Shown here: positions 18,567-28,112 of the stretch, in pieces
Position numbering within the stretch: position 1 is the first letter of the stretch
Layout of the letters: every line of letters starts with the position of its first letter
From: Thermodesulfobacteriota bacterium
Lineage (GTDB): Bacteria > Desulfobacterota > Desulfobulbia > Desulfobulbales > SURF-16
Length of the DNA stretch: 64,000 nt
Direction: 5' to 3'
NCBI GenBank assembly: GCA_039715015.1
Contig: JBDLIE010000009.1
Location: 11,663-75,662 of the forward strand
Made by a program: the position numbers and the translations under genes
Notes under the pieces: model-generated
The model's database searches: none
What the model saw: only the letters and a program-made list of their open reading frames with translations
Told to the model about the DNA's origin: nothing

Positions 18567-20393
18567 GTGTCAAATATCATCAACCCAGTACTGCCGGTAG
18601 GGGGCGCCGAACTTTCGGTGGACCATGCCAAAGGGGCAGAAAGATCTGGCAGCACTTTTTCTGATCATCTTGATCGCCGTCTCGGTAACGATCAGGAGAG
18701 AAATCAGGATCAACTCGGGGTTCGACACAGTGAAAACAACAGGCAGGCGGCCCATAAGGGCGAAAGGGGCTCTAAGGATGAGGTGAAAGCCCAGTCCGAC
18801 CAGGATATTGAGATAGAAGATCAGGGTGAGGTTGCCACTCTGGTTCATTTCCTCCAGGATATCCAGCAGGTCGCCCAAGAGAAGAACCTGGAGCCGGGTG
18901 AATGGGCCGTTGCCCTGCCGGAGCCGGAAATTCTTGCCGACCTTGCCCAACAAGCCGGCATGAGCGAGATTGACCTCACCGCTTTGGTGGAAAAATTCCA
19001 AGCTGATAATGGTGAGCTTGATCTGGACGCCTTCTTGCAGTCCTTAATAAATCATTTTGTATCATTCGAAGAAAATCCCAGAATTGTTGTGCCTGAAACT
19101 GAGATTCCCATGCTTGAGGGATTGCTCACCAAAATGGGATTGAGCCCTGAACAGCTGGAACAAGTTTCCTCGCAAGTGGTCGTTGCCGACGGTGAAATAG
19201 ACCTCTTTCTTCTTGCCCAGGCCCTGGAAGACTTAAATGTGGCCACTATGGCCCCAGTCATTGATGAGGGTGAAAGGCAAGCTTCACCTGTCCTTGAGGA
19301 AAATAATGGCGAGCAGACCCTGCAGGCCATTACCCTGTCGCCCTGGGAGGCCGAACAGCTCCAAGGCCTTTTGAAACAGGCTGGAATTTCCCTTGAAAAA
19401 CAGCTGGAACTTATGCCGGAGCAGCTCTTTGGTGAGGAGGTTGTTCTCTCCCTTGAGCGTCTCCAGTCTCTACTTAAGGAAGCAGTTGTCCAGGCCCAGC
19501 AGGATCAACCTCAGCTTGATCTTCCTAAATTTCTTGGCAGCCTTGAACAGGTAATGAAACAGGCTGCCTTCCAAGATCAATCCGTTGGTTTCACCCCGGT
19601 TGTTCAAGGGTCTTTAGGCGAAGCCTATAAGGACCTTCTTGAAATGTATGATAAGGCCCGCCTCCGTTTTGAGGAAGGGCTTGATGCCGAGGAAGACCAG
19701 CTTCAAAATGACATCCAGAAATGGCTTGATGGCGTAGTGGCCAGGGCAGGCGATGGTCGCGGCAGCCAAGGGGAAACCGGCAACCAGGATGATCAGGGCT
19801 TTTTCGACAATGCCGGCCAGGGTGTTGGCCCATTTGCTTCCGGCAGCGGAGAAGAATTTACCGTTCATCGCCAGGATGGCATGTCAGCGCCCCAAGTTGC
19901 CAGCAATCAGGGCATTACTCAGGCTGCCGATCAGCCCCAGCCCGTTCGTCATTTTCCAGCCCATCAGCAACAGCAGATAATGAACCAGCTTTCCCTGGCT
20001 GTAAGCCGGGGCATGAAGAGTGGCGAGCAGAATCTGGTTTTACGCCTCCATCCCGCCGAACTGGGCGAGGTGAAGGTGGATCTCTCGGTCCGCAATGAGG
20101 TTGTCTCGGTTTCTTTCACCATGGAAAACAGCAAGGTCAAGGATACCCTTGAAAGCTCCATGGAGGAGTTTCGTCATAATATGGAGGAAAAGGGATTTTC
20201 TTTAAACGAAGTCAACGTCTTTGTCGGCCACAGCAACGAAGATCAAGACGCCTGGCAACGTTTTGAGATGGCCTTGAACGGCGAAAAACTGCAGGCCCAG
20301 AATCTGGAGGATATCCCGGATGATGTTTTGTATCAGACCGTTGGCGCCGAGCAATATGCCAGTCAGGAAGAAGGGGTAAACCTCTTTGTCTAA
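18567..20393 (+). CDS. fliK: Flagellar hook-length control protein FliK (608 aa)
   Basis: C-terminal LRLHPAELGEVKV domain. GTG start at 18567 after GGGAGG and downstream of the sigma54 site; upstream of flgD. Confidence 0.9.
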   Translation: MSNIINPVLPVGGAELSVDHAKGAERSGSTFSDHLDRRLGNDQERNQDQLGVRHSENNRQAAHKGERGSKDEVKAQSDQDIEIEDQGEVATLVHFLQDIQQVAQEKNLEPGEWAVALPEPEILADLAQQAGMSEIDLTALVEKFQADNGELDLDAFLQSLINHFVSFEENPRIVVPETEIPMLEGLLTKMGLSPEQLEQVSSQVVVADGEIDLFLLAQALEDLNVATMAPVIDEGERQASPVLEENNGEQTLQAITLSPWEAEQLQGLLKQAGISLEKQLELMPEQLFGEEVVLSLERLQSLLKEAVVQAQQDQPQLDLPKFLGSLEQVMKQAAFQDQSVGFTPVVQGSLGEAYKDLLEMYDKARLRFEEGLDAEEDQLQNDIQKWLDGVVARAGDGRGSQGETGNQDDQGFFDNAGQGVGPFASGSGEEFTVHRQDGMSAPQVASNQGITQAADQPQPVRHFPAHQQQQIMNQLSLAVSRGMKSGEQNLVLRLHPAELGEVKVDLSVRNEVVSVSFTMENSKVKDTLESSMEEFRHNMEEKGFSLNEVNVFVGHSNEDQDAWQRFEMALNGEKLQAQNLEDIPDDVLYQTVGAEQYASQEEGVNLFV

Positions 20394-20437
20394 GGGGCCC
20401 AGACTGACGTCATTTATAACACGAGGTAGTTGAAAAG

Positions 20438-21100
20438 ATGGATACCACCGCAATCGGAGTTCCCCTGGCAGAGACCGATCCACTGTTTAAGCCAGTGGGT
20501 AAAGATGAGCTTTCCTCAAGCGATTTCATGACCCTGTTTATTACCCAGCTCCAGCACCAGGATCCCATGGAGCCCATGGACAGCTCGGATATGGCTACCC
20601 AGCTCGCTGATTTTTCCAATATGGAAGCCACCATGAGGATGGCTGACAGCATGGATCAGCTTCTGGAGTACCAGACTTCTCAAAATAACCTGCAACTCCT
20701 TTCCTTGCTTGATCAGGATGTGCGGGTCTATGGCAACAGTATTGGCGTCACCGGCGATGTGATTGGCCAGGGCGAGTACTCCCTTGCTCAAGATGCCGAG
20801 GTGGCAGTGCTTGAGGTTCGTGATGCGGCCAATCGCCTGGTGAAAATTGTTGACCTCGGTCGCGCTTCAATGGGTGATCATGCCGTGGAATGGGATGGCA
20901 CCGATATGCTTGATAAGAAGGTTGAAGACGGAGCCTACATTTTTAACGTCAAGGCTTACGATCAGGCCGGTCAGCAACTGACCGTGGATTACAAAGCAAC
21001 AGGCAAGGTAACAGGCATAGACTATGAAACAGGCACAGCAAGACTGGTTCTTGATAATCATGTGCCTGCTGCTGTCGGCTCCGTTATCGGGGTTATCTAA
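20438..21100 (+). CDS. flgD: Flagellar hook capping protein FlgD
   Basis: DFMTLFITQLQHQDPMEPMD; C-terminal WDG and DGAY Ig-like region. Confidence 0.94.
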   Translation: MDTTAIGVPLAETDPLFKPVGKDELSSSDFMTLFITQLQHQDPMEPMDSSDMATQLADFSNMEATMRMADSMDQLLEYQTSQNNLQLLSLLDQDVRVYGNSIGVTGDVIGQGEYSLAQDAEVAVLEVRDAANRLVKIVDLGRASMGDHAVEWDGTDMLDKKVEDGAYIFNVKAYDQAGQQLTVDYKATGKVTGIDYETGTARLVLDNHVPAAVGSVIGVI

Positions 21101-21188
21101 TAAACGAAATGTTAAGACAATATACGCAAGTAAAGTTTGTCAGGGCTGCAGACAGTCCACACTATCCTGAAAAGGGAGGAAAAGAATA

Positions 21189-24038
21189 ATGGCTATTTCA
21201 AGTTCACTCTACGCTAGTATCTCCGGTCTCAGTACCATGGGTGAGGCAATGTCCGTACTCGGTGATAATGTTTCCAACGTTAATACCGTGGCTTATAAAT
21301 CCAGTCGGGCCACCTTTCAGGATGTCCTGTCACAATCAGTGGCCACGGCGTCTGGTTCCCGGCAGGTTGGTCGCGGTGTGACTCTCTCCACCGTAGACGG
21401 TCTCTTTGCCCAGGGTTCCTTTGAGAGCTCATCCACTCCCACGGATATGGCCATTGGTGGCCAGGGCTTCTTCATGTTGCGAGCTCCAGACAGCGCCGAG
21501 GCTGATTTGTACTCCCGGGCCGGTGAGTTCCGTTTTGATCTTGAGGGTAACCTTATCAATCCGGTGGGCTATTTTGTTCAGGGTTGGGAGCTTGATGCCG
21601 GTGGCGATCGTTCCGGTACCATTGGTGATCTCAATCTCGGAAAATCTACTCCGCCAGTCACCACCACCAATATTGAGCTTATCGCCAATCTCGATTCCCG
21701 TATTGCTGATGAGAGCAACGAGGAACGTCTCTTTGAGAGTTGGAACGGCACCAATGCCGCCCTGGCCACCCCGACGCCACCCATTGATTCCAGTAAGTAT
21801 GAATACACAAGTGCTATCAAGGTCTATGACTCCCAGGGGGCCAGCCACGATATCACTCTTTATTTTGACAAGACCACCAATAATAATGAGTGGGAGTTCA
21901 TGGTGACAACTGATCCAGTAGAGGATCTGCGTAACCTGTCAACCAATGAGCAACAGATTTTCGCGCCTTATACAGCCGTAGACCATAGGGTTCATCAAGG
22001 GGCAGGGGCTCTGATGTATGGCACCATCCAGTTTACCACCTCCGGCGAGATTGATACCATCGACGCCTGGCAGATACCGCCGGATGGCCAAGTGGATCCG
22101 GCAAAGAATGAAAATCGTATTGTTCTTAACCCTGATGATACTTACTACGAATTTCCTGCGAATTTTACCGGTGAGGCCATCGATTTTACCACCAATCCAC
22201 CAATTATCAATCCCACCATGCGTTTGAATCTTGGTGCCCAATACGGTGGTGTCACCAGCACCCAGTCCCAGATTCTGGTAAGTGATAGTGGGGCCATCAG
22301 CGACACCAATGCCGGTACCTTTATTACCTCAACAACGCAATGGAATTCAGTCTATGACGCCAGCGGCAACCAGATGATGACGGGAGATATATTTGTTCTT
22401 GAGGGCTTTGACCATACAGGCACCCGGGTAACCCCACTCGTGTATCAGGTTAACGGCTCCAATCGAATCCAGGACTTTTTGGACCAGATCCGGACCACCT
22501 TTGGTGTCAATGCCGATATTGACGATGCTGGACGGCTACGCCTCACCGACTCCACCTCTGGTGATTCCGCCCTGGCAGTTACGGAATTTTATACCGTCTC
22601 CGCCAACAGTTCTGTGCCTTTTGGCGGCACCCAGCAGATTGTTACCAGTTGGGCCCATAGCACCGAGGGTATTTTTGCCGCTAGTGGTGCACCTGTAAGT
22701 GATCCTACAACACCCCTTGTTGGTTTAGTTGACCATAATACCCCTGCCGTTGCACTAGCTGGAGGTGAAGTATTAACCTTCTCCGGGACAAGGGCCTCAG
22801 GTGGTGCAGCAAATCTCGTTTTTACGGTCGGTGCCCCTGGTAGTGCGACGATTCAGGATTTGTTAACGCAGCTGGAAGGCGCTTATGGAGCAGCTGGCGA
22901 GGTCACTGCTACTCTCGATAGTAACGGTCAAATAAGAATAGTGGATAACACTCCTGGGGCCAGCCTTTTGTCTGTTTCAGCCGTTGGTCCAGGTGCTCCT
23001 GCAGCAGAACCATTTGGTATAACGGCTGTGGTTGCACCCTTTATCACCAACCAGGCCTACCGAGGTAGTATTGATGTTACCAGCTCCAAGCAGCAAATTG
23101 TCTCTATCAATCGCGGCTTGACTACGAACAGCGGTCTCGTGCCGGCCATCACATCGCAAACACCCTGGGCCAGCGTTTTTGATGAAGCGGGTGTTGGTAC
23201 AATTGCTGCTGGTGATACCATCGATTTCACAGGGGTCAGCGGTGATGGGGCCACCACAGTGGTGCCTGGTGTCAATGGCACCTTTACTGTCCAGGCCCCA
23301 GGCGCTACCCCTTTCTGGTCTTTAAATGCTGCCCCGATCACTGGCACCGTGCAGGATATGCTTAACTGGCTGGAGTTTACCTTCGAGGCAGAGGCCCACA
23401 TTGACGAGGCAGGCCGCTTAGAGCTCACCGATTGGGTGGCGGACAGTTCCACCCGGGCCAGCCAGTTGGCGATTACGAGTATTGGCTATGGCGGTGTTGC
23501 CAGTGGTGCCGCGCCTTGGGGTGCGGCGCCGTTTGAGACCCACCTCGCCGATATCGGTACCGAGGACGGCAGCCAGATGGGTGACACGGTGAGCAATAAG
23601 TTTAAGCCCGAGGCCCTGGCCACCACCCAGTATGCCAACTCCTCCACCACTGTTTTTCAGGACCAGGACGGGTTTGCCTCTGGTTTCCTGCAGTCTGTGT
23701 CTGTTGATACCGGAGGCGTTATCACCGGTCATTACTCCAACGGCCAGGTGTTGGAGAAGGCCCAGGTTGCCTTGGCCTCCTTTAGTAATATGACCGGTCT
23801 TTTCAAGAATGGCGGTAATATCTTCACCGAGACCACTGAGTCAGGCGCTCCCACCACCGGCGCCCCTGGCGATAACGGCCTGGGCAGTATCGCCCCCAAC
23901 GCCCTGGAACAGTCCAATGTTGACCTTGGTGTGGAGTTTGTAAAGCTGATCACCGTTCAACGTGGTTTTCAGGCCAACTCCAAGATCATCACCACCACCG
24001 ATGAGATGTTGAATGACTTGATCAATATCAAACGTTAA
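21189..24038 (+). CDS. flgE: Flagellar hook protein FlgE, very long (949 aa)
   Basis: GDNVSNVNTVAYKSSR, DMAIGGQGFF, YSRAGEF, VYDSQG, LEQSNVDL and QRGFQANSKIITT motifs. Confidence 0.95.
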   Translation: MAISSSLYASISGLSTMGEAMSVLGDNVSNVNTVAYKSSRATFQDVLSQSVATASGSRQVGRGVTLSTVDGLFAQGSFESSSTPTDMAIGGQGFFMLRAPDSAEADLYSRAGEFRFDLEGNLINPVGYFVQGWELDAGGDRSGTIGDLNLGKSTPPVTTTNIELIANLDSRIADESNEERLFESWNGTNAALATPTPPIDSSKYEYTSAIKVYDSQGASHDITLYFDKTTNNNEWEFMVTTDPVEDLRNLSTNEQQIFAPYTAVDHRVHQGAGALMYGTIQFTTSGEIDTIDAWQIPPDGQVDPAKNENRIVLNPDDTYYEFPANFTGEAIDFTTNPPIINPTMRLNLGAQYGGVTSTQSQILVSDSGAISDTNAGTFITSTTQWNSVYDASGNQMMTGDIFVLEGFDHTGTRVTPLVYQVNGSNRIQDFLDQIRTTFGVNADIDDAGRLRLTDSTSGDSALAVTEFYTVSANSSVPFGGTQQIVTSWAHSTEGIFAASGAPVSDPTTPLVGLVDHNTPAVALAGGEVLTFSGTRASGGAANLVFTVGAPGSATIQDLLTQLEGAYGAAGEVTATLDSNGQIRIVDNTPGASLLSVSAVGPGAPAAEPFGITAVVAPFITNQAYRGSIDVTSSKQQIVSINRGLTTNSGLVPAITSQTPWASVFDEAGVGTIAAGDTIDFTGVSGDGATTVVPGVNGTFTVQAPGATPFWSLNAAPITGTVQDMLNWLEFTFEAEAHIDEAGRLELTDWVADSSTRASQLAITSIGYGGVASGAAPWGAAPFETHLADIGTEDGSQMGDTVSNKFKPEALATTQYANSSTTVFQDQDGFASGFLQSVSVDTGGVITGHYSNGQVLEKAQVALASFSNMTGLFKNGGNIFTETTESGAPTTGAPGDNGLGSIAPNALEQSNVDLGVEFVKLITVQRGFQANSKIITTTDEMLNDLINIKR

Positions 24039-24073
24039 AAGAAGTTGGCAGGAGTCAGCTTTTAGTTGACCGC

Positions 24074-24112
24074 AAAAGAGCCCGTTGCGAGGTATTCGCA
24101 ACGGGCTCTTTT
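24074..24112. terminator. Bidirectional intrinsic terminator after flgE
   Basis: AAAAGAGCCCGTTGCGA/TCGCAACGGGCTCTTTT perfect stem between convergent genes. Confidence 0.9.
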
Positions 24113-24191
24113 GTTTTCTATTGTCTTTGCATGTCGGAGCCCGGCCCTGCCAAAGAGACGCAATTGTCTGCGAGGGTTACATGGGCCCCAA

Positions 24192-24956
24192 TCACTCACT
24201 AAAAATTTTATCAAACGCCGCAAAGGCCGTCTGCAGCATGGGCACCTCTTCTCCCAGGTCAAGATAAGAACCACCAGTGATCTCTTGCTGGATAAGCTCG
24301 TCGCTGGAAGGGAAAATGCCGCCCAAGGGCAGGTCGCTTTCAGCCACAGCCTCATTGATCTTGGCTTCCAGCTCCGGGCTAAGCGGGGTGGGGGTACGAT
24401 TGACGATGAGGTGCTTGTTCTTGACCTCAAGCCCCAGAGGGGCGGTGATCTCGGAAATACGGCGGGCAGTGAGAATGCCGCGAGCCGAGGGGTCGGAAAC
24501 AATAAGCAGGTGGTCGATGGCGCGCAGGTTGAGGCGGCTGAGATGTTCCATGCCTGCCTCGTTATCTACCAGGATGTATCGGTAATTTTCAGCCAGTCGG
24601 TCCATGGTCATGGCCAGGTATTGGTTGGCTGAGCAATAGCAACCAGGGCCGTCCGGTTGGCCCATGACCAGCAAATCAAAACCCGATTCCTCAATGATCG
24701 ACTGCTGGATCTTCATCTCCATGAATTGGTCACGGGTCATGCCGGAGGGTATGTCGCCCTTGAGATCCTGTCTGATCTGGCCAATGGTCATGCAAATGTC
24801 AAGACCGAGGAGCTCATTGAGATTGGCATTGGAGTCGGCATCAACGGCCAGGATGGGTGTCATCTTGCGGCTGATCAGGTATTTGATGAGCAGGGCCGAG
24901 GTGGTGGTCTTGCCTGTGCCGCCCTTGCCTGCCATGGCTATTACTTTCGGGGTCAT
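24192..24956 (-). CDS. CooC/AcsF-like nickel-insertion ATPase (MinD/SIMIBI family)
   Basis: GKGGTGKTT, AVDAD, GPGCYC metal motif, DNEAGMEHLSR. Confidence 0.88.
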   Translation of the reverse strand: MTPKVIAMAGKGGTGKTTTSALLIKYLISRKMTPILAVDADSNANLNELLGLDICMTIGQIRQDLKGDIPSGMTRDQFMEMKIQQSIIEESGFDLLVMGQPDGPGCYCSANQYLAMTMDRLAENYRYILVDNEAGMEHLSRLNLRAIDHLLIVSDPSARGILTARRISEITAPLGLEVKNKHLIVNRTPTPLSPELEAKINEAVAESDLPLGGIFPSSDELIQQEITGGSYLDLGEEVPMLQTAFAAFDKIFSE

Positions 24957-24975
24957 TTTTTTAGAATTTGAGTAG

Positions 24976-25077
24976 TAAGAAGTTGAGAAATAAGAATGGA
25001 GAGTCCACTCAATAATTATCTCTTTGTTGTTTACCTGTTAACTCCTTATTTCTCAACTTCTTATTTCTCAACTTCTT
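24976..25077. repeat. Inverted plus tandem short repeat in the cooC-ileS divergent spacer
   Basis: TAAGAAGTTGAGAAATAAG (24976-24994) is the reverse complement of 25045-25063; TTATTTCTCAACTTC occurs twice in tandem. Confidence 0.8.
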
Positions 25078-25226
25078 GGCGGTTACCGCCACATAACCCT
25101 TGCAAGAAAAGGGGGAGTTGGTATTTTAGCGGGTTTATGTCTTTCCTTGTTGGGAAGAGTTATTTTTTACTGTTCACCCCGGCCCAATGCCAAGGCCGCG
25201 CAGATATTTACCACGGAGATGATGTG

Positions 25227-28013
25227 ATGGATTACAGGGATACCCTGAACCTGCCAGCAACCAAGTTTAAGATGAAGGCCAATCTTACCCAGAAAGAGCC
25301 TGAATATTTAAAGAAATGGCAAAAGGAAGATCTCTATGGCCAGGTCCAGGAGGCCACTCAGGATCGTCCTCTCTATATTCTTCACGACGGCCCTCCATAC
25401 GCCAATGGCCACCTCCACATGGGCCATGCCTTTAATAAGATTTTGAAGGATATCATTCTTAAATCTAAGCGCATGTCCGGTTTTCATGCCCCCTTTGTGC
25501 CGGGCTGGGACTGCCACGGCCTGCCCATTGAGCTCAATGTCGATAAGGAGATGGGGGCCAAGAAGAAAGAGGTGCCCAAGCTTTCTTTCCGGGCTGCCTG
25601 CCGCAAATATGCCGGCAAATGGGTGAAGACCCAGATGAAAGAGTTCCAACGCTTTGGCGTCTTGGGCGACTGGGATGACCCTTATCTAACCATCAAATAT
25701 TCCTACGAGGCTGCCATTGCCAGAGAGTTTAACCGTTTTTTGATGAACGGCTCGGTGGTGCGCAGCAAAAAGCCGGTTTACTGGTGTTCGTCGTGCGTTA
25801 CAGCCCTGGCTGAGGCCGAGGTCGAGTATTACGACCACACCTCCAACTCTATCTTCGTCAAATTTGAGTCAGAAAAGGATCTGGGCGACATTATCCCTGA
25901 GATTGCCGACAAGAAATGTTCAGTGGTGATCTGGACCACCACCCCCTGGACCCTGCCCGCTAACATGGGCGTCGCCCTTCACCCTCAGTTTGACTATGCT
26001 GCCGTCGAGGTAGGTGGCGAGGTGCTGATCATGGCCCAGGGCCTGGTTGAAAAGGCCATGGCTGAGTTTGGCCTCGAAGACTACCAGGAGCTTGCTATTT
26101 TTTCCGGCCAGCTCCTTGAGGGCCGCAACTGCAAGCATCCCTTCCTTGACCGTCTTTCCAAGATTGTTCTGGCTGATTACGTCACCCTGGAGACCGGTAC
26201 GGGCTGTGTCCACACCGCCCCTGGTCATGGCCGTGAGGATTACATCACCGGTCTTAATTACGACCTTGAGGTGCTGAGCCCGGTGGATAACCATGGTGTG
26301 TTCACTGAAGAGGCCGGCGCCTATGCTGGGATGAACATTAAGGACGCCAATCCGCTGATCTGTGAAGACCTGGCCAAGAGCGGCCATCTTCTCGCTAAAA
26401 ACGATATGGGCCATAGCTATCCCCATTGCTGGCGCTGCAAGAAGCCGGTGATCTTCCGGGCCACCGAGCAGTGGTTCATCGGCATGGAGACCAATAACCT
26501 GCGTGACAAGGCCCTGGCCGCCATCAAGGAGGTGGAGTGGACGCCGAGCTGGGGCATGGAGCGCATCCACGGCATGGTGGAAAATAGGCCAGACTGGTGT
26601 CTATCACGGCAACGGGCCTGGGGCGTACCCATCACCGCCATTATCTGTGAGAAATGCGGCGATATCATGAACACCGAAAAGGTCAATGAGCGCATTGACG
26701 AACTTTTCCTGAAAGAGGGGGCCGATGCCTGGTTTAGCCATGATGTCACTGATTTCATCGGCAAGGACACCGTGTGCTGGTGCGGCTCCACCGATTTCCA
26801 CAAGGAAGAAGATATCCTTGATGTCTGGTTTGATTCCGGAGTCAGTTACGCCGCTGTTCTTGAGGAGCGCGGTCTGGCCATCCCTGCTGATCTGTATCTT
26901 GAAGGATCAGACCAGCATCGTGGTTGGTTCCAGAGTTCGCTCCTGGCCTCGGTGGGAACCCGCGGCACCGCCCCCTATAAGGGCGTGCTCACCCATGGCT
27001 TTGTGGTGGATAAGGATGGCAAGAAAATGTCCAAATCGGTGGGCAATGTCATCGCCCCTGAAGAGATCATTAAAAAATATGGGGCAGAGATCCTTCGCCT
27101 CTGGGTATCCTCCGAGGATTACAGCGATGATATCAAGATTTCTGAGGAGATCTTAAAGCAGCTCTCCGACGCCTATCGGAAGATCAGAAATACCATCCGT
27201 TATCTGCTTAGCAATCTCGGCGATTTTAATCCAGCCACTGATGGCGTTGCCTTTGATGATATGGAAGAGCTTGACCGCTGGGCCTTGAGCCAGTACGAGC
27301 GCATGAAGCGCCGGGTTAAAAACGGCTACGATTCCTATGATTTTCACCATGTCTTCCATGGTCTCCAACATTTCTGCACGGTGACCATGAGTAATTTTTA
27401 CCTCGATATCATCAAGGACCGCCTCTATTCGGAGCTGCCTGCCTCCCGCCTGCGCCGCTCTGTCCAGACCGTACTCTACGAGGTCCTGGTGGGCATGCTG
27501 AAATTGATGACCCCGGTGGCGAGTTTTACGGCTGTGGAGTCCTGGGAGTATTTGCCTGAAGATGACAACCGAGAGGAAAACATTTTCACATCTCTCTTTC
27601 CCGAGGAAAATGACGCCTATCTCCAGGACGAGCTCCATACCACCTGGCAACGCCTGCAGGATGTTCGCGGTGAGATTACCAAGGTCCTGGAGACCGCCCG
27701 CCGTGAGAAGACCATCGGTCACCCTTTGGAGGCTGAGGTTATCCTTGCTGCTGGTGATGATCTGGCTAAATTTTTGGCCGATAAATGGCAGACCCTGGAG
27801 ATGATTTCCAATGTTTCCGTTTTGACCCAGGTCGATGGAGCGCCTGCCGGTGCCGTGGCCAGCGAGGAGATTGAAGGTCTCCATGTCCTGGTCAAGCCGG
27901 CCAGTGGTGATAAGTGCGAACGCTGCTGGACCCGCAGTGAGAGTGTGGGCCAGGATGGCGAACATTCCACTATCTGCTCTCGTTGTCTTGGCGTGGTAAA
28001 AGAACTCTCATAA
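25227..28013 (+). CDS. ileS: Isoleucine--tRNA ligase (type 1)
   Basis: MDYRDTLNLP start, HDGPPYANG-HMGH, GWDCHGLP, KMSKS, C-terminal CERCW Zn finger. Confidence 0.98.
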   Translation: MDYRDTLNLPATKFKMKANLTQKEPEYLKKWQKEDLYGQVQEATQDRPLYILHDGPPYANGHLHMGHAFNKILKDIILKSKRMSGFHAPFVPGWDCHGLPIELNVDKEMGAKKKEVPKLSFRAACRKYAGKWVKTQMKEFQRFGVLGDWDDPYLTIKYSYEAAIAREFNRFLMNGSVVRSKKPVYWCSSCVTALAEAEVEYYDHTSNSIFVKFESEKDLGDIIPEIADKKCSVVIWTTTPWTLPANMGVALHPQFDYAAVEVGGEVLIMAQGLVEKAMAEFGLEDYQELAIFSGQLLEGRNCKHPFLDRLSKIVLADYVTLETGTGCVHTAPGHGREDYITGLNYDLEVLSPVDNHGVFTEEAGAYAGMNIKDANPLICEDLAKSGHLLAKNDMGHSYPHCWRCKKPVIFRATEQWFIGMETNNLRDKALAAIKEVEWTPSWGMERIHGMVENRPDWCLSRQRAWGVPITAIICEKCGDIMNTEKVNERIDELFLKEGADAWFSHDVTDFIGKDTVCWCGSTDFHKEEDILDVWFDSGVSYAAVLEERGLAIPADLYLEGSDQHRGWFQSSLLASVGTRGTAPYKGVLTHGFVVDKDGKKMSKSVGNVIAPEEIIKKYGAEILRLWVSSEDYSDDIKISEEILKQLSDAYRKIRNTIRYLLSNLGDFNPATDGVAFDDMEELDRWALSQYERMKRRVKNGYDSYDFHHVFHGLQHFCTVTMSNFYLDIIKDRLYSELPASRLRRSVQTVLYEVLVGMLKLMTPVASFTAVESWEYLPEDDNREENIFTSLFPEENDAYLQDELHTTWQRLQDVRGEITKVLETARREKTIGHPLEAEVILAAGDDLAKFLADKWQTLEMISNVSVLTQVDGAPAGAVASEEIEGLHVLVKPASGDKCERCWTRSESVGQDGEHSTICSRCLGVVKELS

Positions 28014-28070
28014 TAAGGATGAAGGCAGCTCGCCCCATCCTTTTTCATCCATCAACCTTCATCCTTGTTA
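28011..28070. repeat. Inverted repeat (AAGGATGAAGG/CCTTCATCCTT) between ileS and lspA
   Basis: TAATAAGGATGAAGG and CCTTCATCCTTGTTA arms with internal CATCC repeats. Confidence 0.65.
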
Positions 28071-28112
28071 ATAATGTCATTCCAAGCAACCCGGCAAAAT
28101 ATCAATTTGGCC

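Noticed and set aside
24957..25226. Possible T-box leader for ileS, and the 77-aa N-terminal extension in the ORF track
   Set aside because: No T-box consensus or terminator is visible; the family N-terminus and RBS support a start at 25227.
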